NCBI GenBank assembly: GCA_965645245.1
Contig: OZ287069.1
Span: forward strand, 2,666,001 to 2,730,000
Direction: 5' to 3'
Source of the DNA: Massalongia carnosa
Taxonomy: Eukaryota
Length of the DNA: 64,000 nucleotides
Below the pieces are notes generated by a model, which did not search any database, was not told where the DNA came from, and saw only the letters and a program-made list of their open reading frames with translations. Made by a program: the position numbers and the translations under genes. This document shows positions 23,501 through 38,611 of this stretch, one piece after another. The first letter of the stretch is position 1. Every line of letters begins with the position of its first letter.

Positions 23501-25837
23501 TTTCGATATGATATGCACAGTGAGTCTCTATTTTTCTATTGAATTTGTAAGCCGAGGTTTTTATGTACACTATTAGTGATTTGTATAGATTTATTTGTGA
23601 TACCAGAACAGTTGGACACGCTTCCTCCTAGCCAAAGAAAATGGGGAAGGAATGAAAGAATAGAGGATAATTTGATGCATCACCATTTGATCATAAGACA
23701 CCGTGTGAGGGCGAACCGGTTGCATCGAGTAAAACCCAACCAATTTTAGCAGACAGCCCAGCTGAAAACCCTTCGTTAGGTTAAGACTAACCAGTTTGAA
23801 GATGTGGAACCAAGGAGAAGTTGCTATAGGGAAATGGGATTTCTTCGGGAACGTCCCTTGATAGCATAACAATAAATTAAGCCCAGGCAGCCTTTGGATC
23901 GTTCTCTACCTAACGGTCCGAAGGCGTCTCAACAGACACTGTGGCGACGCTCTGAAAATTGTCAACTCAGGGTCATTCCCTACAGCTTTCACGCTCATCT
24001 AGGGTGTTTCTATCAGGCTTCGTTTTTCTAACAATGAGATTGCGCAGACGGTGAGTCCACTCGTCAACAACGTAATCGGTAACAACACAAGCACAATGCA
24101 TGCGTACTTCACCACATGACAAACCCTCAATAATGGCTATTAAAAGGGGTTTAAATAATTGCAGCCGAATGCCATCGCCACTGCAAAGAAGTGCCAAGCC
24201 CTCATCGATACACATTATTTTCCCGTTCTCTTTCTTCGTCGGCTCCTCGCAGAAGTCAATGTAGCTTCGGTTGTGCAGAGGATGGTCCGGTGGGGGCTGT
24301 TGCAACTTCGATCAATTGTACGACCCTTGGGGTTCAAAGCAATAAGAATTACCCGTCACTACCTTCACCTTCTCACCGAAGGCTCTATTCGTCTCGTCCC
24401 CTGTGACGGAAGCTACGTTACCGCCAAGCCTTGGCGATGTAGAGACCATCATCTTCATCCAGGAGATTCCAAGAGTATAAGTTTTGAACGTAGAGTAATA
24501 TCTTTCAGGAGAATCATAATCGAACTCGCTAAGGAGCTACCATCACTTCTGGCTGCTCTTGCCCGAGGAGCAAAGTTGACGCCGAGAAACCGTAGAGCAG
24601 CTGAACAGTCAAGCTTTCGTTGAAAGCATTTGTTGAAGCATATACACTGTTGGTACAATTCTGCTCTCAACTATGAGCTCCTGAATTAATGTAACTTTTG
24701 CCCCCTCCTGGCTGTCTAATAAAGTTGCTACCAAACTAGTGTCTAGAATGACGTTCATTCATCAAGAAGCGTTTGTAACCCATTGTGGAAGTGCTGAACT
24801 CGTCCGTCACGATCATATTGTGATGCCACTTCTACCCGGGAAGATCATAATTACAATAATAGAGGTTTAGGGCTGCAGGAATCCAGAGTCGCTCTCTTAC
24901 TTAACCTCCCTACCCTTTCTAAAAAATTGCCCCTCCTCAAGCTTCCCCCTCCAACAACATGCCGGCCGGGCGGGGAGATGCAGCGGGCTGCGAGGGAGCG
25001 GTAGGGGGTGGGGAAGGGAGTGTGATTGGGATTGAGGTCTTGGTGGCGAATGAGGGGGGTTAATAACCCAACTAATTGGAACTCGACGCGGGAAATAAGC
25101 ATAGCGATTCTCTCTTGTCCCTACCGTGGTCTTTTCTCTCTCGCAGAACCAAACCTCCCAGAACGCTCGATTCCGGCTACCCCTCAACGGCACAAGAGAA
25201 GAACCTTTACGTTCCTCAGGGATAGATTTTTAAGTTTTTAAAAAAACTGTTAGCAACAGGTCAATGCAGGGCACCGGGCAGTAAGCTCTTTTTTAGGGAC
25301 ACGAAACGCCTGACCAGAAAAATACATTAAAGTAAATGCGCGAATAAGCGAGTAATGGATTTTCAAAAGTCGCTAGGACCGATGGAAACGCAGTGCAGTG
25401 ATCCCTCTTGTGCTCATCAATCAGGCCCGGATTGAATCCTACAAGGAACTGAATGCGGAATGAAAGGACGCGTGGTGCTAGTTTTGCTAGTTTTGCACAT
25501 ATTGGAGTCATGCCCTTCGCAGCGTGCACGCTTGGAATGTCGACCATGTAGTTATACGAGTGTTACGGGAAAAAGCCGGTATTTTGCACAAATACTTGAC
25601 GAGCCTTTAACGTGTTAACGTGATTCAAGAAGAAGAAATTGACTGTTAAGATCTAGCACTTACTAGAGTTTCCTTGTTGTGTTATGAATCTTCTGTTTCT
25701 TGGCCCAAAATCCATCCAAGTTAGCTAAGCATACCCGCCCAGAATGTTCCCGGCGCCCAGCAATGGCACCTCGTAGATCGAAGCCTTAGCTGATTCCACT
25801 CAGCTCACTCATCCAACTTAACACCCGCTACTCCACC

Positions 25838-26188
25838 CTAATCAACATCCATGCTAATGGGTCTGTCCCTTGCTTCCTTCTCCTCCGTCTCTTTCTTAGC
25901 CTCTTCAGCAGCGGCGGCGGCGGCGGCAGCATCTACATCCCTCATCTCAACCTCACCCATTTCCTCCATGAGCCTCCTCCTTGCGAACCGTACCTTGCGC
26001 TCCAGCTTTCGCGCCTTCTTCTGGCTGGGCGCGGCGGCGCGGCGCAAGGCCTGGCTGGTGCAAGGAGCGGCGATTCCGGAGGCTTTCTTGCGTAGCAGAC
26101 GTTGTGTCTTTTGACGCTTTGTTTTTAGCGTGCGGGCAGTTTTGGGCTTGAGTGAGGTGGGAGTGTTGGGGTTGGAGCGGGAGGGCAT
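25838..26188 (-). CDS. ALB1: Small basic protein, Alb1-like (pre-60S ribosome biogenesis)
   Basis: MPSRSNPN start, K/R-rich body, SQKKARKLERKVRFARRR..EVEMRDV and terminal MDVD resemble the Alb1 architecture (from memory of the yeast protein). Confidence 0.55.
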   Translation of the reverse strand: MPSRSNPNTPTSLKPKTARTLKTKRQKTQRLLRKKASGIAAPCTSQALRRAAAPSQKKARKLERKVRFARRRLMEEMGEVEMRDVDAAAAAAAAEEAKKETEEKEARDRPISMDVD

Positions 26189-26730
26189 GTTGGGGGATGT
26201 GGTTGGGTGAGGCGTGTGGATAGATAGAGTAAAGGTGAATATCTGATGGAGTTTTGTACTTGTACCTTGTACTCTGAACCGATTCTGATCAAGTGAATGT
26301 GGCGAAGTTTGTGGAAGCGAGGCACTACTCTGTATGGAGGATGTTTAAGGTGACTAAGCACTTGTTTCCGCACGAGATAATTAGCCCGATAGACCGGTTT
26401 CTCGGGATTGAATTCATCCGAAATGGTTTCTTATGGTGCGGACTTATTTCATTCGCTTCTGGTATTCTCTTTTGTACCGTATCATTCCAACTTCCGGCGT
26501 TACAATTCGGGCCACTTGACTCACATTTCGTCGCCTCATATTGGGAAAGGAGGGTGTCCTGGTAATTTTCTTTATTTTTGGCTCTACTTTATTCCCTTGC
26601 TGAGCTGTTTTGAATCCATCCAACTTCACTAGGCAACAGCTTTACAATAAAAGTGTCTCGATCTCCTATCTCGTTGTTCTTGCTTGGTCGTTTGTTCATT
26701 GTCTGTAGTTCTGCAAGCAGTTTTTTTGCT

Positions 26731-28480
26731 ATGGATGCCCCGTGGAAAACCATCCCTCTCATCTCCATCACGGCTACCACCCTCATCGCCCAAATTGCTC
26801 CGAGATATGGTATTCCAGCTCGATATGCGCTAAGTTTCTTCTCTCTCTTTTTTGCGCAAATAACCATCTTGTTCGTATGGAGGGTCCTCATTTATCCCAA
26901 CTTCTTTAGCCCAATTCGCCATCTACCCCATCCGACGGTAGGTTCAAGGTTGAGTTCACCACAGTTGAGGCTCTCAGTGATAGAAACTCTAGGACGGCTC
27001 CTTCTTTAATGGTCACTTTGCGGAACTATCTGCAAAGAAACCAGGGGGCCCTCACCAGGAATGGAACAATAATATCCCAAACGATGGCCTTATCTATTAT
27101 AGATTCTTTCTCAATAGAGAGCGGATTCTAGTCACGAACCCTAAAGGTCTAGCAGAAGTGCTAGTCCATAAGAGCTATGACTTTATCAAGCCTCGCCAAA
27201 TTTCTGAATCGATCGGACAGTTGTTGGGCATTGGCATTTTGGTGGCAGAGGATGAAGAGCACAAGGTACAACGAATCTTTCGTCCCAACGGAGGCCTAAC
27301 TAATCAAACGGAACAGATGCAAAGAAAGAATCTGATGCCTGCATTCCACTTCCGACACATTAAGGATTTGTATCCTGTATTTTGGTCGAAGTCTTGTGAG
27401 ATGGCCAAGGCTTTAAGCCAAATCAGTCAACCTGAAGGAACGAAGCCTGTTCAGGACCTCAAATATGCCCCTGTCGTTGAAATCGGTAATTGGATGAGCC
27501 GTGTGACTCTTGACATTATTGGCGTCGCGGGTATGGGTTACGATTTCAACGCCATTCAGGACCCGACAACTGAACTGATTAGCACTTATCGAAGCGTCTT
27601 CTCACCATCCAGACAAGCCCAAGTCCTAGGATTCATGAGCTTACTTTTACCATTTTGGCTTGTGAGAGCACTCCCATTCCAACGCAACTTCCAAGTTGTC
27701 AAGGCTGTCAGGACCATCCGGCGGATATGCCGGCAAGTCATAGACAAAAAGAAGGAGGAGTTAGAGGGAAAAGATAAGCATGTCGGCATCGATATTCTTT
27801 CGGTTGCGCTTAAATCGGGCGGTTTCACCCAGGAAAACCTTGTCGACCAGATGATGACATTCCTTGCCGCTGGTCACGAAACCACTGCGACCTCCATGAT
27901 CTGGGCCATACACCTCCTCTGCCAGCACCCTGACATCCAAACCCGTCTTCGTGAAGAAATCCGCGGTAATCTACCATCCATCAACGACGCCGAAAACACA
28001 GTGACAGCTCAGGTCCTTGACCGCCTGCCATTTCTTCACGCCGTCTGTAATGAAGTCCTCCGTGTCCACCCAGCTGTTCCCTTGACCGTGCGTGAATCCG
28101 CCAAAGACACCACCATCCTCGGCACGTTCGTTCCAAAAGGAACCCGAATCATCATGGCTCCCCAGGCCACCAACATGGCGGCGCCGCTGTGGGGCCCGGA
28201 ACCCGAGAAGTTTGATCCTGATCGATGGATGGGCAACGGCAGGGCCAACACCGGGGGCGCCGACAGCAACTACGCCTTCCTGACGTTCTTGCACGGGCCG
28301 AGGAGTTGTATCGGGCAATCATTCGCCAAGGCAGAGTTTGCCTGCTTGCTGGCGGCGTTGGTGGGGCGGTTCGAGTTCGAGCTAGAAGATCCAGATAGGA
28401 AGATTGAGCTCAAAGGCGGGATCACGGCGAAGCCGAAGAATGGACTTCCGATTCGTATACGGCTCATGGATGGGTGGTAA
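26731..28480 (+). CDS. Cytochrome P450 monooxygenase
   Basis: N-terminal membrane anchor, AAGHETT (I-helix), EVLR (ExxR), FDPDRW (PERF-like), FLHGPRSCIG (heme ligand). Introns 26938-26992 and 27266-27316. Confidence 0.95.
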
Positions 28481-29946
28481 GGGGAGGATTAACTGGCACT
28501 TCTTCTTCGGATCATGAATCGCATTTCCTCTTCCAGGCCAGCGTTCAAGGGCGTTATGGACTGACGAAACTTCCCTCATTCAGCTTGATGCGGTACTCGC
28601 TATTACGACTGACTCTGTACATGGCATGCATGCACAAACGAAATTTCCTCCGCTCTATCTCCGTGACGGTGCGGAAGGCAAGATGTATCTTCCTAGCCAT
28701 CATATCGAAGCTTGGTTAGATATAGATTCAATGACTCACTTCCTTCCACCATTTTCGTCGCTACCTTAACCCTCTCATCTCATCCATCTACGTACTTATA
28801 CGGTACCCCGGATAATAAACCCCCCTTTCTTTTTCTCCTTTCCCACAACCAATTTCTTTTCTCCTACTCACCTATATCTTCTACTCTGTCTATCTGTACC
28901 CCGCTCGTATTTATTGATATGTATTCAACATTCCCATCTTAAAGCCAACCCCAAATGCCTCCCCCCCTTCTTTCTTTCTCTCTCTCCTTCCTCACTCATA
29001 AACAAACATTCTCTGAATCGCCATGCGTCAAAAACTCTCTACTAACCGATCGATAGACTAGGTTCGGATACGAGGATGCGAAACGTTTACGTTTTGCGTT
29101 TGAAGAAGGGGAAGATCAAACGGTTGGGAATTGAGGGATGCGGGGAAATGGAGTGGAGTGGAGAAGAGGAGGAAGTGGGAATAAAAAAAAGGTGGGTGAT
29201 TGAAGTGATGTTTGTTAATAACGGATGGGAGAGGAGAGGAAAGGGAGGGAAATGGAAGAAGGAGAATAAGTTGGAGAAGAAAAGACCTCTGGGAAGGTAT
29301 ACTTGGTAAACGCATGATCGGACTGGCAAGGGTGAGAGCGGGTGTCGAAGTGGGATTTTGAAGGGGCATCTGGGATTGTTGGGGTGGCTTGACTTGTGTC
29401 TTTGGAAACCCCACTTTTGGAGGGGGATACACAGGTAGAGTATCCTGGACCTGCCTAGGTACATAGTCTGGAATCGAAACGAAGAAATTTCAAGCGTAAG
29501 AGAATCTCTCGTGATACAATCTATCTTACCTACTACCCTAAGCGCACCCCTTTTCCGGTAAAAAACTGTGGAAGACAAAGCTCCCTCTCTACCTGAGCTA
29601 AACCAAACCAAAACAACGAACTTAAAGTACCCCTGGCCGACTCCTATACCTGAAATAACCCCCTCGCGTGGGCTGGCGGCTTCTCTTTGATGAACAGATA
29701 GATGGCTAGGAATGATAAACTAGCGGGTTTTCTGGAACGATGTCCCTTACGCTGGAGTTCCGGAGACTTGATATGCGCCGTAAGCATGCTTGTACAGGTA
29801 CAGAGTGGAGTTTTTGGCGATTCGTTTTCGTAACTTTGGAGGATTGGACGGAGAAATTTTTGTATAAAGGCGTGAGGAGACATTTAGTGATGGTGCGGCG
29901 AGGAGGAGAATGAAGTTAACGGAGAAGGAAAAGGGATAGAAGTAGT

Positions 29947-30872
29947 TTAAACGAGCATCGGAGATTGTGTGCCTTCTACTGCTGGCGAGGGGGGTGCTGG
30001 GGGTTGTGGGATCTGTGTTTACGAGTGTTAGCGGGTGTATCTGAAAAGCTGGAGGGAAAGGGGAGAGCTGAGTTTTGCCATTGTGCGGAAGTGCAAGTTG
30101 TCAAACTCGACAATAGATAAGCACACTGAAATAAAGTAGACATTAAGATGGCAATGGAAGGGGCGAGGGGGAACTTACATCTAATCGTGTATTTTCGGCC
30201 ATCATCCTCTGGATGCCTATTCCCACTCCTTCAATCACAGCTAGCAAGCACGCGCATCCAATCGCTGAGTTACGAGCTGCTTTCAAGCCGCCGCGAGCGG
30301 CTAGGGCGCCGCCGGTAAAAAAACCTGCTATAACTGTTTTTCATGGAATCTGTGGTCAGCCTGGCAATTTGAACAATCCACTGTCCAGAGACTAGGAAAG
30401 CGTGAATCTTTCTCTTGGCTTTTCGAGTAATGTTCTTCTCCCCTCAAGCCGTCGATTGTGAATATATCCTAGGCAAAGGGATAAAGAAGGCAACATACTA
30501 GCGTTATACGGATCCTCCTTTTTCCTTATACCCTTCACCGCACAATCGAACGTTGAGAACAATCCGCCCCAGACCCCGAAGTTCCCCCCCAGAACGGGTG
30601 CGCGCGCTTTGATGGCGGTAACGGCACCGATGCGTCGTTCGCCGTAGGGCGAATTCCGGAACCCTTTAACGCCGTGCCAGACTGCTCCGCCAATGCCCTG
30701 TATTTATATAAAGCTCATGTTAGTTTCTGTTATGAGAAATGGAGGGTAGATAGTAGACGGAAAAGAAAGCTAAGGGACATGAGTGGAGAATGGGGGCATT
30801 TACCCCCATGCAGAACGCGCCGCCGAAATCACTAAGAGTTACCCATGGGCAAGGATCTCGGGAGTGATCCAT
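29947..30872 (-). CDS. TIM17: Mitochondrial inner membrane translocase subunit Tim17
   Basis: Four exons, absent from the ORF track: [23 protein letters not shown] / [46 protein letters not shown] / [26 protein letters not shown] / IPQPPAPP... Introns 30698-30803, 30334-30498 and 30013-30178. Confidence 0.95.
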
Positions 30873-31494
30873 TGTTATCTCAGGCGTTCGGTCAGTATCG
30901 TGTAGTGAGAGCTCTTAAATCACCGGGCTACTGATCATGCAACCTAGGTACGTTCTTGCGGGTTTAGAGAAAGGGAGGTGGTAACAAACCGAAACCTTGA
31001 CTGAAATATGCTAATCTCTTGAATCACTAGATTAATGAGATATCTTTAACATGCTGAAGATCTTAAAAGAAGTAGGCGTGATTAATGACTATGACTTTGG
31101 TTGCGGGATAGCTGTGATTGAGGATTGAGAGGCCGCAAGGGAACTTTTCCAGTAGGTATTCGCCTCGCCGATGCTGACTGATTGACTAAGATTCACTAAC
31201 CTTAATCAGTTAGTAGTAATCTTCACTACGATTTAACAAGGATGTCTTCAGTTCCCTCTGCCTCCTTGATACTTCGTATTTCATCCTTCGTGTGCTCTGA
31301 AGATAGATGTATTTATGACTTTTTGTTGTTGATTTTGTGGACCTTCCAGAACAACTTATGATTTTTACAGACTCTAATGGCACGCTAAGGCTTGCTCTCC
31401 ATCAAACTCGGAATCTCGGCTTGCCTCATGCTAGTCTCAAGTATGTCAAAGCCAATCAGACTAGTCTAAATCTTGCCCAAGCAAGCACAAAAAC

Positions 31495-32147
31495 TTTATT
31501 TTTTATTTTTATTTTTTATTAATTCATTAAGCGTATGCATCCTAAGGATATGACGCTGTGACTGCTATTTATGTACATAAACAACAGTCAGGAAGTGGAA
31601 ACCTGGCCCCCAGGGTAAAACCACTCCCTTGTTCCATGTTGAACGCAACGAGACCGTCCTTCTACCACGCGGTGCATACACCCAGAGCTTCAAGCGCTAG
31701 GAATCCTATAGACTCGATGAACTAGACAGTGTATTTCCACACGTTCGACGAACGTTCTCTCTCTTTAAATGTTTTGATTCAATGGAGGAAAGACTGGCCG
31801 TGATCGAGGGCAGATCGTGGTGTCGTATAAATGAAGGTGTGTAAGTGTGGCCATTCTAAATGAATGGGCTTTTTCGATGTGGTGAAAGGCTTCCGCCTGA
31901 GGGGTGTGGCCATTCCGAATGAATGGGCTTTTTCGATGAGGTGAAAGGCTTCCGCCTGAGGGGTGCGGCCATTCAGAATGAATGGGCTTTGTATGTGTGC
32001 CTTCGAGGCGACGAATTATCAGTAGAGACGTTGATCGTTCAAATGGCCACCGAGGTGGACTTCCGCGTTGGCGATGATCAGATATTGGCCACCTCCGAGG
32101 AGGTGTTGATAGCCTGCACCACGTAGAGGTTTCTGACCCAGCAGGCC
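31495..32147 (-). mobile_element. 5'-truncated, decayed LINE (Tad1-like) 3' end with 9-bp TSD
   Basis: CACAAAAAC at 31486-31494 and 32148-32156. (A5-6T)n tail at 31495-31520 on the minus strand. Remnant peptides RNGHTPQAEAFHHIEKAHS and TV*FIESIGFL resemble a LINE ORF2 C-terminus. Confidence 0.7.
31845..31990. repeat. 59-bp tandem repeat, about 2.5 copies, inside the LINE remnant
   Basis: GTGTGGCCATTC..AATGAATGGGCTTTTTCGATG.GGTGAAAGGCTTCCGCCTGAGGG starting at 31845, 31904 and 31963 (partial). Confidence 0.9.
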
Positions 32148-33085
32148 CACAAAAACATTAAAGCGTGGAGGCCTATATTTCACTTCTTCAGTGATATCGT
32201 CTGGTTTAATCAATGAAGATGTGCCTTAATTTAACTTGCATTGAATTAGACAGCTCATCATGCGGAGATGCTTCTTGAGCTCAAGATTGTTTGCTCCCTA
32301 ATAACATTAGCTATCACGACGTGTTTCTACCATGTCACTCGCAAAAGTGCCATCCTCTGTCAAGAAGCTAGCAAATGGAAATGGATATGTACAGGATGTC
32401 GGGGATTTGTAACTGTGATCAGCATGCAGGTAATAAGAGTATGGAATCAATGAGAAAATGAAGATTGTACCATTCATAGGAGCAAAGAAATCGAGGCTGC
32501 GGAACATTTCTATCTCTTACGAACTGATACAAGAGCCTGGTAGGCGCAAAAAGCCAACGAAACAGGTAGTGCCCACAGATATTTGAATACTTTAGAAATT
32601 GGCAAGTGATAAACCGGCGATAATCAGAGATTCCATAATCCATAGATCGTCTTACCTGGTTAAATGTTTCGGAGCTTTAGGATCCAATATGAGACGGGAA
32701 TCCCCAAATCTATAGGTAACATGGAACAGCCGATACTCGATCCCGAAATCCCACGATAGGAAAAGAACCAAATTCGTTATTTTGTTACCTCCATAATTCC
32801 TCCTTCGTGTCTTTTACCTTGTTTGTACGTCTCTCTCTTCTTGCCTACCGCTAGTCCTGGGGACCTTGTGAATCCCCGCCTCTTAAGTCCCCTTTTCTCT
32901 TATCTTCCTCCCTGGTGCTACTTCAGCCTCGTTTTCTTTAGCGCCCAACAACACTAAATGAACTGGGTACGGGAATGGCACTGACGAAAAACTGGCACCA
33001 GAGTAAGGAGGCGGAGTTTTTAAGGTGAGAAGAGTAAACTACTGTCATATGTGTCCAGATATAAACGGATATGTTTCTGTTTGGC

Positions 33086-34696
<1,611 letters not shown>

Positions 34697-35550
34697 TCAG
34701 AGATATATACGGGAATTACACGCAGGATACACTTGGCGGGACAAGGAAGCTAGTGATGATCCGAGTGAAAAAGCATCGCCATGCGTTGACAGCCTTTTCA
34801 ATGGATCCAGTCCTCATCTACTTCCCTGTGATGCATCTCCCTCACGTTGAATTGCCGTCCCGCTCTTCCGGGACCGTATCCGGAAGGAAGGTACGTGGAT
34901 GACTGCCTACATATTACGCCGTACAACCAGTGATCCAACAAGCGTAGAAGACGCAATCAACGTCATCGCCTGAAACAGAGACGTTATGGGCGGAATGAGG
35001 GAATGAGGGAATGAGGGGACAAGATGACAAGATCCTCATGATGTCAGGGCAGGAGATATGCATGCCCTAAAGGGCGAATGTTGGAGCCACCCACTCCGTT
35101 AGTTTAATGTAAAGTACGGAGTCACGGAGTACAGAGTAGGTGTTTCCTTATCATCCTGACCCGTGTACAGAGCAATACCTAGCGTGCTAGCTTAAGCTTG
35201 CTTTCCCCGCGTTCTGCTCACTCCCCCAAGAAGAGGTCTATAGTAAGGTATTTTCCTAGAGAAGACGATCACGTTGAACACAAGTATTTACGGAGTACTT
35301 CAGCCTACAACTGAACTACCTCATGTTCATCCAAACCGATTTGTTAACTTCCAGCTTCCAGCTTCCAGTACTCTAACTTGATATGCTGCGCGGAGTAATT
35401 ACCTCGCTTTGAAGCGTGCGTTTCGCACCCGTGAACACAAACACCCGTGAACCAACCTGCACTTCAGCTCGATCTGGCATCGTTCCCGCCTCTCGAGTCG
35501 GCTGCGGCTCTTTTCTGCTGTCTCAATCGATGAGGGTCAAAGGAGCGATC

Positions 35551-38500
35551 ATGTCTGCTTCTGAAGAGTCAGATGAGCCGACCATGTCACATGCTGGCCA
35601 CGCTGTTCATGGCCTCCTTACAGATATGAATATGCCGAGTCACTCTACTCATTCCAACCATTCATCTCATCCCGCTCAGCCCTCGCATGCTCCGCTACCT
35701 ACATGGCTATTCCCACCGCTGTCCTCTAGAGCCTCACCGTTGCCAGCATCAGCAGAGACGCCGGTATCTGGTACCATTTACTCGCAACGATCAGCACCCC
35801 GCCACTCCTCGACCGCAACACCGGACTTAGATCCCAACACTCCCGTTCCCGCTCTCCAGCAATCTTCGGTTTTCAACACCCCTAGTCGATCTATCTTTGC
35901 CTCTGGCCCCCCTACATCTTCACTCTCAGCCAATACCGCTCAAGCATCTATGAGCGCCCCATCTCCTGTGAATTCTGCTCGCCCTCTGTCAGCCCTAACG
36001 GCTCCTTCATCGAGCTCCGCCCGGAGGACTGTGCATTATCAAAGCGATGGCACAGCTTCGGGCCGGAAAAATCGTATACCACGAGCAGAAAAAGATGTGG
36101 ACGATCCGTCTGTCACCATCGAGCGGACGAGGTCCGTCGAGCGAAGAGGAAATAGCACCCCTACGGCCTTGACTCGTCTGTTTGCCACTGCAGAGGCATC
36201 AACCCCAACGGTGTCAAGGCATGCATCTTATGTTCGGACCCCCAGCGGCACCACGTATACCAGAGGTATGTTTTCCCCGCGCAGGGCATCTAACATGGGC
36301 CTCAAATGCTAAGATAAATAGCATCATCTTCTGAGACCGCTCCATTGCCAAGCCACCTTTACAACAGAGGATTGTTGAACGGGAGGCATTCGGATATCGT
36401 TGTTCATGCTTTCGGCACGAAATATGCTCTACATAGGCTACTGCTTGACCGAGCGCCCTTCTTCTCGTCTGCGCTGTCCGAACCATGGTTTGAAAGCTCG
36501 TCCAAGGAGATCAATCTTCATCCTGATGACGTCGATGCGAATATCACGCAAGCTGCGTTTGAGTTGGCACTCAAAAGACTGTATGGCTGCAACTTAGCAA
36601 CAGAAGAGGACAAGGAAGCAATTGGGCTATTTGCAACAGGCTGCTGGCTGGAAATGGCCGACCTGATCGAGTCTAGCGTTACGTCTATTCTTCGTCAAAT
36701 GTCGCCCGCCAGACTCTCATCTCTTATACGCTTGGCAGGAAGTAATTATTATGGCAAGGCTGGCGACAGAATACTTGCCTCGGCAAAGGCCATGCTGTGT
36801 CGCGAAGGGTGGGAGATGCCCATTAGATATTGGGACGGAATATCAGGGGAGGTTGCGCGAGAGATAATTGGCGGCGATGGGTTCTTCGTTCCAGGCGAAT
36901 GGGAAAGATGGGTTCTCGCCAGGAAGGTATTGGATCGTAGGCTGAAAATACGAGCCATCGAGGCGGGACTAATTGAGAAGAATGGAAAGCACAAGAAGGC
37001 ACCTCCTGATACTATGAATTTCCTGGCCATACGGTTTGACACTGTTTACCGGAAGAATTCCTTCGTTGGTGGCCGCTCTGTGCCAGAAGCGTACGATCCA
37101 TGGCTTGCTTTATACACGTCGCCTGATGTTGCAGCTCTTCTTGTACTTCTCGATGAAGGTATTCATTACGTTCACCTAAGCTTTGAACAGCTGCAGAAGA
37201 TTCGAGACCAGCGGGACGTATTGGGGCTTCCTGTGATGCCCGAGAAAGTCATTTCGAACGCTTTGTGGATGTCGATGGAACTTCGCCAGAAGGTTGTCAA
37301 CGCGAGGGATTTGGATATGGAACTTGGTTTAAGCCATGTTTCGGAGGAGAACATAGACGATGATAATGCTGATAGGCTAGATGCGAAATCATCAGGTGAA
37401 GCAAGCGATGCACAGCTGAACAACAAAGGTAAACAACCTGGCTCGGAAGGTCATGAGGATGAGAATGAGGAGATGGAATCTGGTAGCTGGGATGGCAATG
37501 GGAAGCCTCGCAAGTTCTGGATCCCATATACTGACTCGACATCTGTCATGGGTGGCAACCCGGATACGATTGTTGCTGCCGCCAATGGAATTCGTCCTTA
37601 CATGACGCGCCATCTGTCACGGCTTTCCGCTTCCATTGATCCGCAAGACGTACAATGGGCGTCCGACTTTACGGCGTCGATTACTAATCAGCCGCAGACA
37701 CCTGGCCGGTCGGTGCCCTCTGAGCCCACCCGGCCAATCTCATACACACATTACCCTCCTTTTCGATTTGCCGCAGAATTCCCGAACCCCAGAAACCTCA
37801 AGGAGAAGAAGCGAGTTTACTCGAGAACAGTCTGGTATGCCGGTAGTTTGTGGAACGTATACATACAAAAAGTCGAAACCGCCAAGAATACCCAACTCGG
37901 CGTGTATCTGCACCGAGCTAAAGAGAAAGAAGAACGTAATGGCTCCGTTGACGAACGCATCGGCCAAGTTGAGCTGCTCATGCGAAGAAACCAGAGAACC
38001 CGACGACATCAACAAGCGGAAACAAGAGTAGAAGCCGACGATGACACCAGCGGCTCGGGCGGCGACCAAGACGCCACCCTGGTGTCTGATCCGATCGGCG
38101 CACCCTCATCCCAAGCCACAGCGCTTAGCAACCTCCTTCGTGGGGATGGCGTTATGAAAGCCAGCCAAACGCCTGGCACCCTTGCGCTGTCCAGCCTCCC
38201 GGACCGCATCTGCAACGCCTCAAATCTCGGCTCCGAAGACGACAACGACGAACTTCCCCATGCAACCAAAAAGTTCACGAACCCTGCTTTAGCCCCTTAT
38301 GTCGACGGCCGACCGACCATCAAGACCTATTTCAAAATATACTCGCCGAGCAAAGGCGGGCGCATGCTGAGCGTGTACGAGAGCGCGCCGGACAATTTCA
38401 ATTTTAGCCAGAGCTGGGGATGGAAAAGTAGCACGATGATCTTGGACGATGGGCTACTCGGTTACGAGGAGGGCGCAAGGAGCAAAGATGGGAAATTGAG

Positions 38501-38611
38501 GTTTATGGTCGTCATTGGTATATCTCCCTAGCCCGTTCCTCTGCCTTGATATGTAAGAATGCTGCGCTGATGATCTAATGCTAACGAGGAAATCCAATAG
38601 GAAACGTATAA
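35551..38611 (+). CDS. Conserved fungal BTB/POZ-domain protein with C-terminal MATH-like segment
   Basis: HLYNRGLLNGRHSDIVVHAFGTKYALHRLLLDRAPFF (BTB), YPPFRFAAEF..VYSRTVWYAGSLWNVYIQK, FSQSWGWKS, KLRFMVVIGNV. Introns 36266-36321 and 38518-38600. Confidence 0.82.

Noticed and set aside
23973..25241. ORFs of 70-154 aa between DUG2 and the Alb1-like gene
   Set aside because: No recognisable motifs, mostly non-ATG starts and no convincing splice structure. Decayed sequence cannot be excluded.
29058..29883. ORFs or a possible ncRNA downstream of TIM17
   Set aside because: Low-complexity purine/pyrimidine tracts. I recognise no RNA family or protein motif.
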